IMG/VR virus record: IMGVR_UViG_3300029705_000062
Source: a virus
Reading direction: 5' to 3' (one strand)
DNA length: 64,000 nucleotides
Shown in pieces: positions 1-10,001 of the stretch. The notes under the pieces were generated by a model. It was not told the DNA's origin and did not search any database. It saw nothing but the letters and a program-made list of their open reading frames with translations. The first letter of the stretch is position 1. Each line of letters starts with the position of its first letter. Made by a program: the position numbers and the translations under genes.

Positions 1-1138
1 TGTCTTTATAACTCCTAATACAACTTTTATACCTGTAAGAAAAGCACAAAATATAAGACAATTTAGAGCATTATTTATAGATTTAGATATACAAAAATTA
101 GGTTACCATAAATCGGAAACTGTTTACATGGTTTGGGAGCTTTATTATCAAGATAAGATTCCTCAACCTACAATGGTAGTTGACAGTGGAAGAGGAGTGC
201 ATATTTATTGGAGAATAGAAAATGCACCGATACAAGCATGGAGTACTTGGCAAGAGTTAGAAGATTATCTATATTATCAATTAAGACATCTAGGAGCTGA
301 TAAACAAGCTACAGATAGTGTAAGAGTACTTAGATTACCTAGTTCAATTAACTCTAGGAATGGATCAGAGTGTAAGATACTTTATATAGATAATGAAACA
401 ACATACTCTATGTATGATTTAAGACAAACTTATTTAAACTATAAACCTAAAACAACCCAAATAAAAATGCTAGAGGTTAAAAGTACACCAACAGCAAAAG
501 TAATATCTAATAAATTCTTTACTTCTTATAGTTTACATTTAGCTAGAATAGAAGATATAGAAACTTTATGTAAATTAAGAAACTATAATGTAAAAGGATA
601 TAGAAACTTCATACTTCACTGTTATGCATATTGGCAAGGGGTTACTATTAGAGATGAAGAATCACTAAGAGAAGAAGTATATTCCTTAAATAATGCCTTT
701 AAAGAGCCTATGAAGGCTACTGAGGTAGATGCAATACTAAGATGCATACCAAAAGCTATAGATAAGTTTATAGCATATGAACAAGGTGTAAGAAGTGGTG
801 AAGTTAAAAGAGTTACTAAGGGTATGCGAGATAAGGGAGGTTACTGGTATAAGAATGAAACCTTAATTGAAAGGCTAGATATAACAGAAGCTGAACAAAA
901 GCATATGAAGACCATTATAGGTACAGAAGAAAAGTATACTAGAAGAAGAGATAAGGATAGAGAATATCAAAGAGCTAAGAGAAGAAATGAAAATGGTTTA
1001 ACTAAGAAACAACAGGAAAAGCAAGATATGATAAAAGAATTAGATTTATTGTTAAAGCAAGGGTTAAAAAATCAAGAGATATCAGAAAAGCTAAATATTT
1101 CTGTAAGACAAGTTCAAAGATTAAAAAAGGAACTTTAA
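1..1138 (+). CDS. AEP/prim-pol type replication initiator-primase with C-terminal HTH; 5' end outside window
   Basis: Frame of ORF 128..1138 stays open back to nt 2. FIDLD (DxD) and VVDSGRGVHIYW (sGxGxH) motifs of archaeo-eukaryotic primases. Basic tail ends in HTH-like ISEKLNISVRQVQRLKKEL. Confidence 0.65.
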   Translation, partial: VFITPNTTFIPVRKAQNIRQFRALFIDLDIQKLGYHKSETVYMVWELYYQDKIPQPTMVVDSGRGVHIYWRIENAPIQAWSTWQELEDYLYYQLRHLGADKQATDSVRVLRLPSSINSRNGSECKILYIDNETTYSMYDLRQTYLNYKPKTTQIKMLEVKSTPTAKVISNKFFTSYSLHLARIEDIETLCKLRNYNVKGYRNFILHCYAYWQGVTIRDEESLREEVYSLNNAFKEPMKATEVDAILRCIPKAIDKFIAYEQGVRSGEVKRVTKGMRDKGGYWYKNETLIERLDITEAEQKHMKTIIGTEEKYTRRRDKDREYQRAKRRNENGLTKKQQEKQDMIKELDLLLKQGLKNQEISEKLNISVRQVQRLKKEL

Positions 1139-1153
1139 TAAGGGGTGACAAAA

Positions 1154-1287
1154 AACATCGTCTTTATAAATGTGTGTATGTGGTTGTTAGGATGAATATC
1201 CTAACAACTTTTTTCTTTAGAATTACTCATACAATAAATAGGTAACATCATCTTTATAAATGTGGGGTGTAGTAATTTTTATAAAGA
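1154..1287. repeat. 21-bp direct repeat pair plus an inverted partial copy downstream of the rep gene
   Basis: AACATCGTCTTTATAAATGTG at 1154-1174 and AACATCATCTTTATAAATGTG at 1244-1264 (20/21 identical). Inverted core TTTATAAAGA at 1278-1287. Confidence 0.7.
1183..1214 (+). terminator. Rho-independent terminator after the rep gene
   Basis: GTTGTTAGG / CCTAACAAC 9-bp stem followed by a T6 run. Confidence 0.65.
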
Positions 1288-1404
1288 AAGAGCCACCCAA
1301 TAAATAATCAGCTACATTCTACTAGGAAGATTATCGGTATTACAAAAGATATGGTTATAGTCTAAATAAGAAGTAAGAGAATAATATAAAGGGGGATAAT
1401 AGTC

Positions 1405-1653
1405 ATGGATATGGTTAGTTTTGTACCTGAATCATTATTTATATTAGTTGTAGCAATAAATATATTAGGAACATTCTTAAAGAAGTTAGAACAAATAAAG
1501 GATAACTTCATACCTATCATATTATTAGGATTTTCTATTATATTTGCTATGTTATTAGAAGGGATGAGTCCTACAAGTTTCTTACAAGGTATAATAACTT
1601 GGGGAGTTGCTGTAGGTACACATCAAACAGTTCATCAAATAAAAAAAGGATGA
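1405..1653 (+). CDS. Holin-like small membrane protein
   Basis: 82 aa with 2-3 predicted TM helices and a charged C-terminus (HQIKKG). SD GGGGGA upstream. Adjacent to a second holin-like gene. Confidence 0.5.
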   Translation: MDMVSFVPESLFILVVAINILGTFLKKLEQIKDNFIPIILLGFSIIFAMLLEGMSPTSFLQGIITWGVAVGTHQTVHQIKKG

Positions 1654-1667
1654 TAGGGGGATAGGCA

Positions 1668-1928
1668 ATGCAAGAGTTAATTAAACTTATATTTACATCT
1701 ATTTTCTCAGAGTATGGTGTAATAGGTGCATGTTTTGTTGTATTGCTACTTTGGACTATGAAGGAGAATAAAGACAGAGAAGGTAAGTATCAAGAAACAA
1801 TAGCTAAAAATCAAGAAATAATTCTTGAACAGGCAAGAAACTTTGACATTGTAAAAGAGATTAGAGAAGATGTATCAGATTTAAAAATAGCTATAACAAC
1901 TGCAAAAGCTAAAAAAGAAAGTCATTAA
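1668..1928 (+). CDS. BhlA/UviB-family holin-like protein
   Basis: 86 aa with a single N-terminal TM (GVIGACFVVLLLWTM) followed by a charged coiled tail, as in BhlA/UviB proteins of Firmicute phages and plasmids. Confidence 0.5.
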   Translation: MQELIKLIFTSIFSEYGVIGACFVVLLLWTMKENKDREGKYQETIAKNQEIILEQARNFDIVKEIREDVSDLKIAITTAKAKKESH

Positions 1929-1951
1929 GACTTTCTTTTTTATTTATATAT
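1925..1951. terminator. Bidirectional terminator between convergent genes
   Basis: AAGAAAGTC / GACTTTCTT stem flanked by an A-run and a T-run; overlaps both stop codons. Confidence 0.55.
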
Positions 1952-2438
1952 GATTTAAAAAGTCTAAATTGTCATCTAAGATTACTCCATGTTCATCTAA
2001 CCATTTAATGGGTAGGGATTTTCTAGTTTCGGTTTGTCTGAACATTTCAACTTCCTTAGCATTTACAAAATAGGTCTTTTTTAATTCTTTAAAGTATATA
2101 AGGTAATAACACATATCAGTGTAATTTCTTATTTCATTACATAGATCAAATTGATGCTCCTTTATCATAGACAAAGGGAAACTTGTTTTATTGGCAGTAG
2201 ACTTAGCTTCTATGAAGATAGTTTTTCCATTACTTAAAACTCCTACAAAATCTAAAAAAGCTTTTTCTTTAGGGAAGGCTGAAACAATTTTAGCACCTCT
2301 TCTTAAAATAGTAAATTCAGTTGGTATTTTTATTATTAAAGCTTTATTTAACTTTCTATATTCAAGACATTTTTTAATTATTTTTTCTTCCCAAGCTTTT
2401 CCTAAATTAGCTTTATTTGATTTCTTATCAGTTGCCAT
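1944..2438 (-). CDS. recU: RecU-type Holliday junction resolvase
   Basis: DFVGVLSNGKTIFIEAKSTANKTSFPLSMIKEHQ closely matches the RecU catalytic core (D..G....g..i.fEaK.t...sFpl.n...HQ). Confidence 0.6.
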   Translation of the reverse strand: MATDKKSNKANLGKAWEEKIIKKCLEYRKLNKALIIKIPTEFTILRRGAKIVSAFPKEKAFLDFVGVLSNGKTIFIEAKSTANKTSFPLSMIKEHQFDLCNEIRNYTDMCYYLIYFKELKKTYFVNAKEVEMFRQTETRKSLPIKWLDEHGVILDDNLDFLNHI

Positions 2439-3016
2439 TAGCTTAAAGTAGAGTACATTTTAATACTCATCTCCAATACATCCATTGCATAATCTATAGA
2501 GTTAAAATCATTGCTTATTGCAAATCCTCCAAGTTCAAATATGTAATCAGCAACACCTTCAAAGTCTTCATTGTCTGCACCAAATCTTCTTATAAGTTCT
2601 TTAACATCTGAATCTCTATCTAGACCTCTTTTAAGTCTTGTTCTATCACTACAGCTTACATACACTGGTATAATCTTATATTCTTCCTTAGAGATACCAT
2701 GAGTAAGAGCAATAAGACCTTTTGGACTTAATACCATTACTATATTTTTACTAGAGCAATTATCTAAAGCTTTTTTCTCTACACCATAATTCCAATCTCT
2801 AAAAGATGTATACTGAATAAATTCACCTATATCAGCCATAGCTTTAAACTCATCATCATCTATGAAACGATAATCAACCCCATCTATTTCATTTATCCTT
2901 TTGGGTCTAGTTGTTGTCATAACAACATTAGATATATTTAATCTTTTACATATACCTTCAGCTAAAGTTGATTTTCCGCTACCTGATTTTCCTACAATAA
3001 CAAAAATATTTTTCAT
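2438..3016 (-). CDS. Guanylate-kinase-like deoxynucleoside monophosphate kinase
   Basis: P-loop GKSGSGKST plus TTTRPKRINEIDGVDYRFI (TTRP.R..E.dG.dY.F signature). Confidence 0.7.
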   Translation of the reverse strand: MKNIFVIVGKSGSGKSTLAEGICKRLNISNVVMTTTRPKRINEIDGVDYRFIDDDEFKAMADIGEFIQYTSFRDWNYGVEKKALDNCSSKNIVMVLSPKGLIALTHGISKEEYKIIPVYVSCSDRTRLKRGLDRDSDVKELIRRFGADNEDFEGVADYIFELGGFAISNDFNSIDYAMDVLEMSIKMYSTLS

Positions 3017-3055
3017 AGTACCTCCAATTAAAGATATTTTGAAATAAATTTCAAT

Positions 3056-3071
3056 TTCAATTATTTGCTTA
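3056..3071 (-). promoter_or_regulatory. AAGCAAATAATTRAAA motif copy 1
   Basis: Sense strand TAAGCAAATAATTGAA, 40-55 nt upstream of the 3016 start codon. A TTGATT-17-TATAAT promoter lies just upstream (3076-3104). Confidence 0.5.
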
Positions 3072-3110
3072 CAATATTAATTATAATAATAAAGTCGAAA
3101 AAAATCAATA

Positions 3111-3140
3111 AAAAAGAACTGAAAAAATCAGTTCTTTTTT
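3111..3140. terminator. Bidirectional terminator
   Basis: AGAACTGA / TCAGTTCT stem with an A-run before and a T-run after. Confidence 0.6.
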
Positions 3141-3142
3141 AT

Positions 3143-3700
3143 TTAAATATTTCTAAAGTTTTTTATTAATTTATGTTTTTCTTCTAATAGAGAAAGTAAC
3201 TTTTCTTTGTTACCTCCTATTTCTTTTAATAGCTCTATTTGTTCATCTATAACTTCTAATTCTAAAGTAAGAGTAAGGTATTTAACTATGTCTTCTTTAT
3301 CATCATCTGATTTTGAAAGTTCATTTAAAAGATTGCTTTCTGAACTATGCTTATCTATAACCTTCTCTACTCTAGCCTTCTCTACTCTATTAAGGTTTTT
3401 TTGATGTTCATCACATATTTCTTTAACTAAACTATTGGCAGAAGATTTTTGTAAATCTTCAAAGGCTTGTGCTATTAACTTTTCCTCAGACCTATGTAAA
3501 AAAGTTTTTTTGTTATCAAAGCTTATCTTACCATTTAGTATAATTATATTTTTATTATATGGTAATTCAAGAACAGATTCTTTACCTTCTTCAATGTCCT
3601 CCCAAAGCTTTTTATAAATAAAAGATTTTATCCCTTGAAATTCTTCTTCTATAAATTCATTAACCATCTCTTTTGCAATCTTTTCTCTTAGTAAATTCAT
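3143..3700 (-). CDS. Hypothetical coiled-coil protein
   Basis: 185-aa minus-strand ORF, charged and helical, no motif recognised. Confidence 0.5.
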   Translation of the reverse strand: MNLLREKIAKEMVNEFIEEEFQGIKSFIYKKLWEDIEEGKESVLELPYNKNIIILNGKISFDNKKTFLHRSEEKLIAQAFEDLQKSSANSLVKEICDEHQKNLNRVEKARVEKVIDKHSSESNLLNELSKSDDDKEDIVKYLTLTLELEVIDEQIELLKEIGGNKEKLLSLLEEKHKLIKNFRNI

Positions 3701-3712
3701 TATTAGCTTCTC

Positions 3713-4591
3713 CTATACTTCTATTTTTAAAGGTAATTTAACTCTTAAGCCTTTGTTAAATTCAACCCAAAACAGATAAGCTACATAAGAATCTATCTTA
3801 CCCTTAGTTGAATTTTCTCTCATATCATGAGCTTTAGATGTAATAGCCTTGTAATCAACTTTAGATAATCTATCCACTACTGTTTTAATATCTGTATCCC
3901 CAGTAAGTACATAATGTCTAACAAATATTGTCATACCATTAAACATTTGATTTGTTATTCCCTTAACTCCAACTGTATGCTTTAATATATATAAAGCTCT
4001 TTTAGTAACAAACATATTTTTATCTATAGAAGATAATAAAGTGGCTGAGTTTATTGACTTATATATAACAGACATACAACTTATTTTATTAGCTCCTGTT
4101 CCTGCTTCTAAATCTACAAAATCTAAACATTCTTTAACTCTAAGCCATTCAGTTATTTCACTTGAAACACCTATACGGTACTTATCTAAAGCAGATACTT
4201 TTGCAGATACTTCATTAACTTTTATGAAAGACTCCCCTTCTTCCTTAATTGAGTTATTTTTAATTACTATACAAGGAACTTCTTTTAATCCTAAACGTTT
4301 TGCACACTCTAATCTATGTTGACCATTAGAACAATAGTAGTACCCATCTTCTCTTAAGGATACAGTTAGTCTACCAAAAGCTTGAGGATCAAATTTCTTT
4401 AGTATTTTAGCTACATGATTTTCTTGCATTTCCCTTTGAACAGATATATCTATCTTTATAAGATTTACATCTATCCATCTATCTTCTCCAAACATATGCT
4501 TTTCATATTTTACAGATGATACATTTTTACTAATACTTTCTGTATCTATAAATTCATAATTATAATTATTATACCCTGATAATTCTTTCAT
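3713..4591 (-). CDS. ParB/Srx N-terminal domain protein
   Basis: SNGQHRLECAKRLGLKEVPCIV matches the ParB-like (DGQHR-type) box. Start moved to ATG 4591, which has SD AAGGAG 8 nt upstream; the ORF-track start at 4648 would overlap the predicted promoter. Confidence 0.55.
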   Translation of the reverse strand: MKELSGYNNYNYEFIDTESISKNVSSVKYEKHMFGEDRWIDVNLIKIDISVQREMQENHVAKILKKFDPQAFGRLTVSLREDGYYYCSNGQHRLECAKRLGLKEVPCIVIKNNSIKEEGESFIKVNEVSAKVSALDKYRIGVSSEITEWLRVKECLDFVDLEAGTGANKISCMSVIYKSINSATLLSSIDKNMFVTKRALYILKHTVGVKGITNQMFNGMTIFVRHYVLTGDTDIKTVVDRLSKVDYKAITSKAHDMRENSTKGKIDSYVAYLFWVEFNKGLRVKLPLKIEV

Positions 4592-4643
4592 TTTATTTAC
4601 TCCTTTTTGAAATTTTTTCCAATTATATATATAAATTACCACA

Positions 4644-4661
4644 TTCAATTATTTTTGTCAA
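4644..4661 (-). promoter_or_regulatory. Promoter with TTGACA fused to the AAATAATTGAA motif (copy 9, variant)
   Basis: Sense TTGACAAAAATAATTGAA, with TAATTT 17 nt downstream of the -35. Confidence 0.45.
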
Positions 4662-4706
4662 AAAAAAGAAAAACCCCTATATTATCAAAGAGTTTTTCCT
4701 AAATTA

Positions 4707-5204
4707 CTATAAATAGTTAATGATTTTTTTTGATTTTAAAGTTTTATTCACATCTATAATTCTTTGATTACTAGAGCCTCTTAAAACTAAAGATAAGTCC
4801 TTTAAATTCTTTTCAAATTTACCATCAATTAGAACATCAAAATTAAATATAGAAGAATCATATTTAATCAATAAATCTTCCCAAGTATACCCTGACCATA
4901 TAAATATTTTTGTACTTGGTCTAAACTTCTTAATGTATGAACATAGTTCTATAACACCATAAAAGTTCTCAGGACATAAAGGCTCACCACCTAAGATAGA
5001 TAAATCTCTATGAACTCCATCTGCATCTAAAAGTTCTAAAATAGTAAGCATATCTGATTTTGTAAATTCTTTACCTTTATTGAAATCCCAAGTGCTTTTA
5101 TTAAAACAACCTTCACAATAATGAGGACATCCCTGTGTCCATAAAGACACAGAGATACCTTCTCCATTTACTGAATCATTTGGTTTTATTAATGAATATC
5201 TCAT
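4707..5204 (-). CDS. nrdG: Anaerobic ribonucleotide reductase activating protein
   Basis: Radical-SAM CPHYCEGC (CxxxCxxC). Directly downstream of nrdD. Start set at ATG 5204 (TAATATG junction) rather than the overlapping ORF-track start. Confidence 0.85.
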   Translation of the reverse strand: MRYSLIKPNDSVNGEGISVSLWTQGCPHYCEGCFNKSTWDFNKGKEFTKSDMLTILELLDADGVHRDLSILGGEPLCPENFYGVIELCSYIKKFRPSTKIFIWSGYTWEDLLIKYDSSIFNFDVLIDGKFEKNLKDLSLVLRGSSNQRIIDVNKTLKSKKIINYL

Positions 5205-5205
5205 A

Positions 5206-7341
5206 TTATAAATGTAAAACCCTTTGTGCAATTTCTTGAGTTCTACCTTCTGACCATTCATTTGAACCGATATAACCACATGTCCTTCTCATTATTTGCA
5301 TTTTAGATGTATCTGTATTTTGACAGTTAGGACATCTCCAATTGATTTCATTAACTATTTCAGCTTCACCTTCATAACCACATTCAAAGCATACATCCGC
5401 CTTAGTATTTATCTCAGCATATTGTACGTTGTGGTATATGTAGTTTATAACTTGCTCTATTGCCTTAAGATTTTTTTGCATATTTGGCACTTCTATGTAG
5501 CTGATACAACCTCCTAAGCTTATGTTATGGAACTGAGACTCAAACTTTAATTTTTTGAAAGCATCTATTTCCTCAGTAACATGAACATGATAACTGTTTG
5601 TATAGTATTTTCTATCAGTTACATTTTTTACTTCTCCAAATTTTTGCTTATCTAATCTACAGAATCTTGAAGTTAAACTTTCTGCTGGTGTACCATATAA
5701 ACCAAATCCATAGCCAGTTTCTTCTTTCCACTTCTTACAAGTGTTATTTAAGTGATTCATTACTTTAAGAGCAAACTCTTCTCCTTCTTTAGTTGTATGA
5801 GATACACCTAACATTGCTTGTGTCATTTCATGTACTCCTACATATCCTAGAGAAACAGTAGCATATCCACCTTCAAGTAATTTATCTATAGTTTCACCTT
5901 TTTTAAGTCTTGCTATTCCTCCATATTGCCAATGGATAGGAGATACATCTGACTTAGTTCCTTTTAATAAATCTATTCTAGTTAATAGAGCTTCTTTACA
6001 AAGTTCTAATCTTTCATCAAGAACTCTCCAAAACTTATCCATATCTTTATTAACAGTTAGTGCAACTTGTACAAGGTTCAAGCTCACCACTCCACAATTA
6101 TACCTTCCGTACCACTTATGGTTTCCATTCTCATCTCTCCAAGGACTCAAGTGTGATCTACAACCCATTGCAGGGAAAGTGTGTCCTTCATAATTTTTTC
6201 TCATTATCTTAGCACTTTGGTAGTCAGGAACTAACCTCTTAGCATTACATTCTGCACATAGTTTTGTAATGTAATCATATCGACCACCTTCTAAGCAGTT
6301 GTGATGGTCTAATAAATATATAAGTTTAGGGAACTCTTCTCCTATATTATGACCTCTGTAAGACTTCATTCCTTCTATTCTTTGTCTTACCATCTCTTCA
6401 CATATAAGAGCCATTTCCTTTTCATATGGATGACCTTCTTCTATTTCTAAATAAATAGTTGTGAAAGGTGATTGTCCATTACTTGTCGAAAGTGTAGAAA
6501 GTTGGTAACGTATAGTTTGGATACCATTTCTTAATTGCTCCATCATTCTATCTTCTGCTAATTTAGTAGCAGTAGCTTCATCAAATTCTGTTATATACTT
6601 ATCGTAATATTTATCAAATGTATCTCTTAAGAATGGTGCTATATGCTTTATAGTTATACTATTTCCACCATATTGACCACTAGCTATTTGAGCTATTATT
6701 TGAGTAACTATTGTACAAGCTGTTTCAAATGACTTTGGTTTTTCCACCATTTTCTCATTTATAACAGTTCCATTCTGAAGCATATCCTCTAGGTTTATTA
6801 AGCAACAGTTAAAGATATTTTGCATTGTGTAATCAGCATCATGGAAATGAAGCACTCCATTGTCATGAGCTTGTACTATATGAGCAGGTATAAGCTTTCT
6901 TCTTGCTATATCTTTAGACACTTCCCCTGCTATTAAATCTCTCTGTGTACTTGCTAAGTAAGAGTTTTTATTAGAGTTTTCATTCATAACTTCTTTATTA
7001 GTAGAATTTAAAAGTCCCATTATACTTTCATCTGTAGTATTTACTTCTCTTTTAAATGATTGAACAGCTCTATATCCCTCATAAGCCTTTGCAGTTAATT
7101 CATGTTTATTTTCTATTAACTTATTGTAAACTATATCTTCTATTATAGTTATTGTAGTAACATCATGAGAAACTTGATTTTCTTTATGATGTTTCATTTC
7201 ATGTTCAATTTCATTAGATATTTTAGTAGCTATATCTTCATCATATATCCCACTACCATATTTCATTGCTTTAAGTATTGCAACTTCTATTTTGTTTTTA
7301 TCAAATTCAACTATTGTATTATTTCTTTTTATGACTAACAT
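5206..7341 (-). CDS. nrdD: Class III (anaerobic) ribonucleoside-triphosphate reductase
   Basis: 711 aa. C-terminal glycyl-radical motif RRTCGYIG and zinc ribbon CFECG...CPNC. Confidence 0.9.
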   Translation of the reverse strand: MLVIKRNNTIVEFDKNKIEVAILKAMKYGSGIYDEDIATKISNEIEHEMKHHKENQVSHDVTTITIIEDIVYNKLIENKHELTAKAYEGYRAVQSFKREVNTTDESIMGLLNSTNKEVMNENSNKNSYLASTQRDLIAGEVSKDIARRKLIPAHIVQAHDNGVLHFHDADYTMQNIFNCCLINLEDMLQNGTVINEKMVEKPKSFETACTIVTQIIAQIASGQYGGNSITIKHIAPFLRDTFDKYYDKYITEFDEATATKLAEDRMMEQLRNGIQTIRYQLSTLSTSNGQSPFTTIYLEIEEGHPYEKEMALICEEMVRQRIEGMKSYRGHNIGEEFPKLIYLLDHHNCLEGGRYDYITKLCAECNAKRLVPDYQSAKIMRKNYEGHTFPAMGCRSHLSPWRDENGNHKWYGRYNCGVVSLNLVQVALTVNKDMDKFWRVLDERLELCKEALLTRIDLLKGTKSDVSPIHWQYGGIARLKKGETIDKLLEGGYATVSLGYVGVHEMTQAMLGVSHTTKEGEEFALKVMNHLNNTCKKWKEETGYGFGLYGTPAESLTSRFCRLDKQKFGEVKNVTDRKYYTNSYHVHVTEEIDAFKKLKFESQFHNISLGGCISYIEVPNMQKNLKAIEQVINYIYHNVQYAEINTKADVCFECGYEGEAEIVNEINWRCPNCQNTDTSKMQIMRRTCGYIGSNEWSEGRTQEIAQRVLHL

Positions 7342-7356
7342 AAAAAATCCCCCTTT

Positions 7357-8196
7357 TTATTTTTTAGCTAGTTCAACTACATTTTCTATTAAAGATAAAA
7401 CTGTGGCAGTTCCAGTTGTATTAACTCTATCCCCAACCATACTACATTCACTAAATTCAAGCATTGCATTAACATTGTAATCTGTTTGTTGTTTAAAGTT
7501 TTCATCAACTGTTATACCAACACCTAATAAAACACTTCCTTTTTTCATCCATCTTGGATCAATTAAATCCATTTGACCAACACAAGATATAACTATATCT
7601 GCTTGTTGTATTTTACTTTTTAAATCCTTTGTTCTAGAATTACAAGTAGTTACTGTTGCACCTCTTTGAGTTAGCATAATAGATAAAGATAATCCAACAT
7701 GAACTGACCTACCTATAACAACAACATCCTTGCCCTGCACACATACATTATGGCAATCTAAAAGATTCATAACACCATTTGGAGTGCAAGGTTTAACTTT
7801 AGAATTTCCTTGAACTAAATCTCCTAATTTGGCAGAGCTAAAGCAATCTGCATCCTTGTATGGAGCTATGGCTTTAATTAATTTATTGCTATCCAAGTGT
7901 TTGTATACAGGTAACTGAAGTATTACTCCGTCAGTGTTCACATCATGATTTAATTGATGAATAGTTTCTAACATTTCTTCTGTAGTTACACTTTCATTTG
8001 ATTTTAAAACCTCAACAGTTAATCCAACTTCTTCTCCTATTTTTATCTTATTTCTTATGTAGTTTTCACTTGCTTTATCATCTGAAGCAGATAAAATAAC
8101 CAACTTTGGTTTTCTTCCTAACTTAGTTATCTCACTTCTTAACTCCTCAATCTTGTTTTCTTTTAATGTTTTTGCATTTATTAATATTGGTTTCAT
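7357..8196 (-). CDS. folD: Bifunctional methylene-THF dehydrogenase/methenyl-THF cyclohydrolase
   Basis: 279 aa. CTPNGVMNLL and VVVIGRSVHVGLSLSIML match FolD signatures. Confidence 0.8.
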   Translation of the reverse strand: MKPILINAKTLKENKIEELRSEITKLGRKPKLVILSASDDKASENYIRNKIKIGEEVGLTVEVLKSNESVTTEEMLETIHQLNHDVNTDGVILQLPVYKHLDSNKLIKAIAPYKDADCFSSAKLGDLVQGNSKVKPCTPNGVMNLLDCHNVCVQGKDVVVIGRSVHVGLSLSIMLTQRGATVTTCNSRTKDLKSKIQQADIVISCVGQMDLIDPRWMKKGSVLLGVGITVDENFKQQTDYNVNAMLEFSECSMVGDRVNTTGTATVLSLIENVVELAKK

Positions 8197-8229
8197 ATTT
8201 TACCCCCTAAAATATAAAATATTATCTAC

Positions 8230-9030
8230 CTAGAAATTAACCCATACAAACTCTTGTCCTTTATTTAGTTCACCTTCATTTGTCTTTTGGCTTCTCTTTG
8301 AATAATTTCCAAGTAGCTCCTTTTTCCAACCATGTTCGAGTAACTTATTGTATATTGGATGGTCATATCCACTTAGTATCACCTTGCCTTTTATATTCAA
8401 TAGAGTGTCAACTAATTCTTTGTGTTGAGTATCGTTCATTTCATGGTCATAAGATTTCTTTTGCTTTCTTGTTTCTGTTATGTATGGAGGGTCTAAGTAA
8501 AACAAAGTGTCATTTTTATCATATTTATTTATTAATTCAATTATATCTAGGTTTTCTATTTGAACTTCTTTTAATCTTTCAATTGCTCCACTTAAATTTT
8601 CCTCTATGTTACCCAACCATCTACTAACTGATTGGCACATACCTCTTCTACTTTTTGATTTAGCATAACACCAACCACCATTACTAGCTACACTTTGCAT
8701 AGTTCTAACATAGAATTTTCTTGCTTTTTCTATTTCATCAATTTCACTCATCCATAATTTACTATCTTCAAATTCTTTTCTTGAGTATGGAGTTAATGAT
8801 AGTTTTCTTATAAACTCTTTATTTTCTTCCCTAAGCATTTTAAAGATTAAATATAAACCACTATGTAAATCATTGTACACTTCCATTTCACTTCTATCTT
8901 TTCTAAAAAGAACATGACCTGCACCACCAAATCCCTCAACATACATTTTGTGAGGTGGAAATATGTCAATTATATCTTTAGCCATATAATATTTTCCTCC
9001 ATACCAATTCACAGGACTCTTAAACTTCAT
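8230..9030 (-). CDS. D12-class (Dam-like) N6-adenine DNA methyltransferase
   Basis: N-terminal NWYGGKYYMAKDI, FGGAGHV SAM site, catalytic DPPY (FYLDPPYI). Confidence 0.8.
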   Translation of the reverse strand: MKFKSPVNWYGGKYYMAKDIIDIFPPHKMYVEGFGGAGHVLFRKDRSEMEVYNDLHSGLYLIFKMLREENKEFIRKLSLTPYSRKEFEDSKLWMSEIDEIEKARKFYVRTMQSVASNGGWCYAKSKSRRGMCQSVSRWLGNIEENLSGAIERLKEVQIENLDIIELINKYDKNDTLFYLDPPYITETRKQKKSYDHEMNDTQHKELVDTLLNIKGKVILSGYDHPIYNKLLEHGWKKELLGNYSKRSQKTNEGELNKGQEFVWVNF

Positions 9031-9075
9031 ACTATACCCCCTAAATAAAAAGTGGAACAGATATCCCTATCCCAC

Positions 9076-9092
9076 TTTTAATTATTTGCTTA
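9076..9092 (-). promoter_or_regulatory. AAGCAAATAATTRAAA motif copy 2
   Basis: Sense TAAGCAAATAATTAAAA. Overlaps the stop codon of the upstream ATPase gene and lies 46-62 nt before the methylase start. Confidence 0.5.
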
Positions 9093-10001
9093 TAATTTAA
9101 GTTCTTCAACTTTTCCTTCTAATTCTGATAATATAACATCTAATATATCAGCTTGGTTTGGAGTTGCTTCAGTTATCTTTTTAGATACCCCTAAATACTT
9201 CTCTCCAATCTCAGTAACTATATCCATTCTGTTATTTGGTGCGAATTTTTCACCTACTAATTTTTTTATTTCATTCATAGTAGAATCAAAATCAACAACT
9301 CTTTCTTTTACTATTGCTTTCTTATCAGTTGTAAATCCATCAGGATTTTCATTTAATTCTTCTTCTATGGCTCTTTCCCAAGTGGCTTTAAATTCCTTTG
9401 CATTAAAAGGTATTTGAGAAGGAAGTTTACTAAATCTTGACCCTGCTGAGTAAGATAAAGTTTCTCTTGTGAATATAGTTCTTTCCTCTTGACCTTCTGC
9501 ATTTATTGTTATATACCCAAATAATATATTATCAACAAACTTAGAAACTATATTTAAAGTTCTTCTTTCAACAGAAGGTATATACTTTTGTATCTCTCCA
9601 CCTGTAGGAAGCTTTTCATTTTTCTCCTTAGCATGAGATATGAAGAACATTTTATATCCTAAGTTCTCCCAGTTTTTTATCATATCAAATATAAGGTCAT
9701 CAACCATAGCATAGCCTTTACCATGAGGTATATCCCCTAAAGCCTGAACACCTTCTCTTTGACATATTTGTTTTACTGCATATTTGTGCATTATATCAAC
9801 TGTATCTATAACTAAAACTTTAAATTTAGCTTTTATTTCAGGCATTTTTAACTGTTTATTTAATGCAACTAAATCTCCCCACTTAGTTATATCAACAGCC
9901 ATAACTCCACTTAAAGCTCCATATCCATTTTCACAAGCTAAGAATAAACACTCTTGTCCAAATGATTGGAAAGCAAATGTAGATTTTCCACTTTTAGCAT
10001 T
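9090..10001 (-). CDS. Sak4/RecA-like single-strand annealing ATPase, exon 2
   Basis: ORF 9090..10016 begins mid Walker A (..NAKSGKSTFA). Joining to exon 1 restores GNAKSGKST (GxxxxGKS/T). Confidence 0.6.
   Translation of the reverse strand, partial: NAKSGKSTFAFQSFGQECLFLACENGYGALSGVMAVDITKWGDLVALNKQLKMPEIKAKFKVLVIDTVDIMHKYAVKQICQREGVQALGDIPHGKGYAMVDDLIFDMIKNWENLGYKMFFISHAKEKNEKLPTGGEIQKYIPSVERRTLNIVSKFVDNILFGYITINAEGQEERTIFTRETLSYSAGSRFSKLPSQIPFNAKEFKATWERAIEEELNENPDGFTTDKKAIVKERVVDFDSTMNEIKKLVGEKFAPNNRMDIVTEIGEKYLGVSKKITEATPNQADILDVILSELEGKVEELKL

Noticed and set aside
5206-5279. The 74-nt overlap between nrdD and the nrdG ORF could be programmed frameshifting or a fusion.
   Set aside because: It is an artefact of extending nrdG to the first in-frame Met. 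A start at ATG 5204 in a TAATATG junction gives a normal-length activase beginning MRYSLIKPN.
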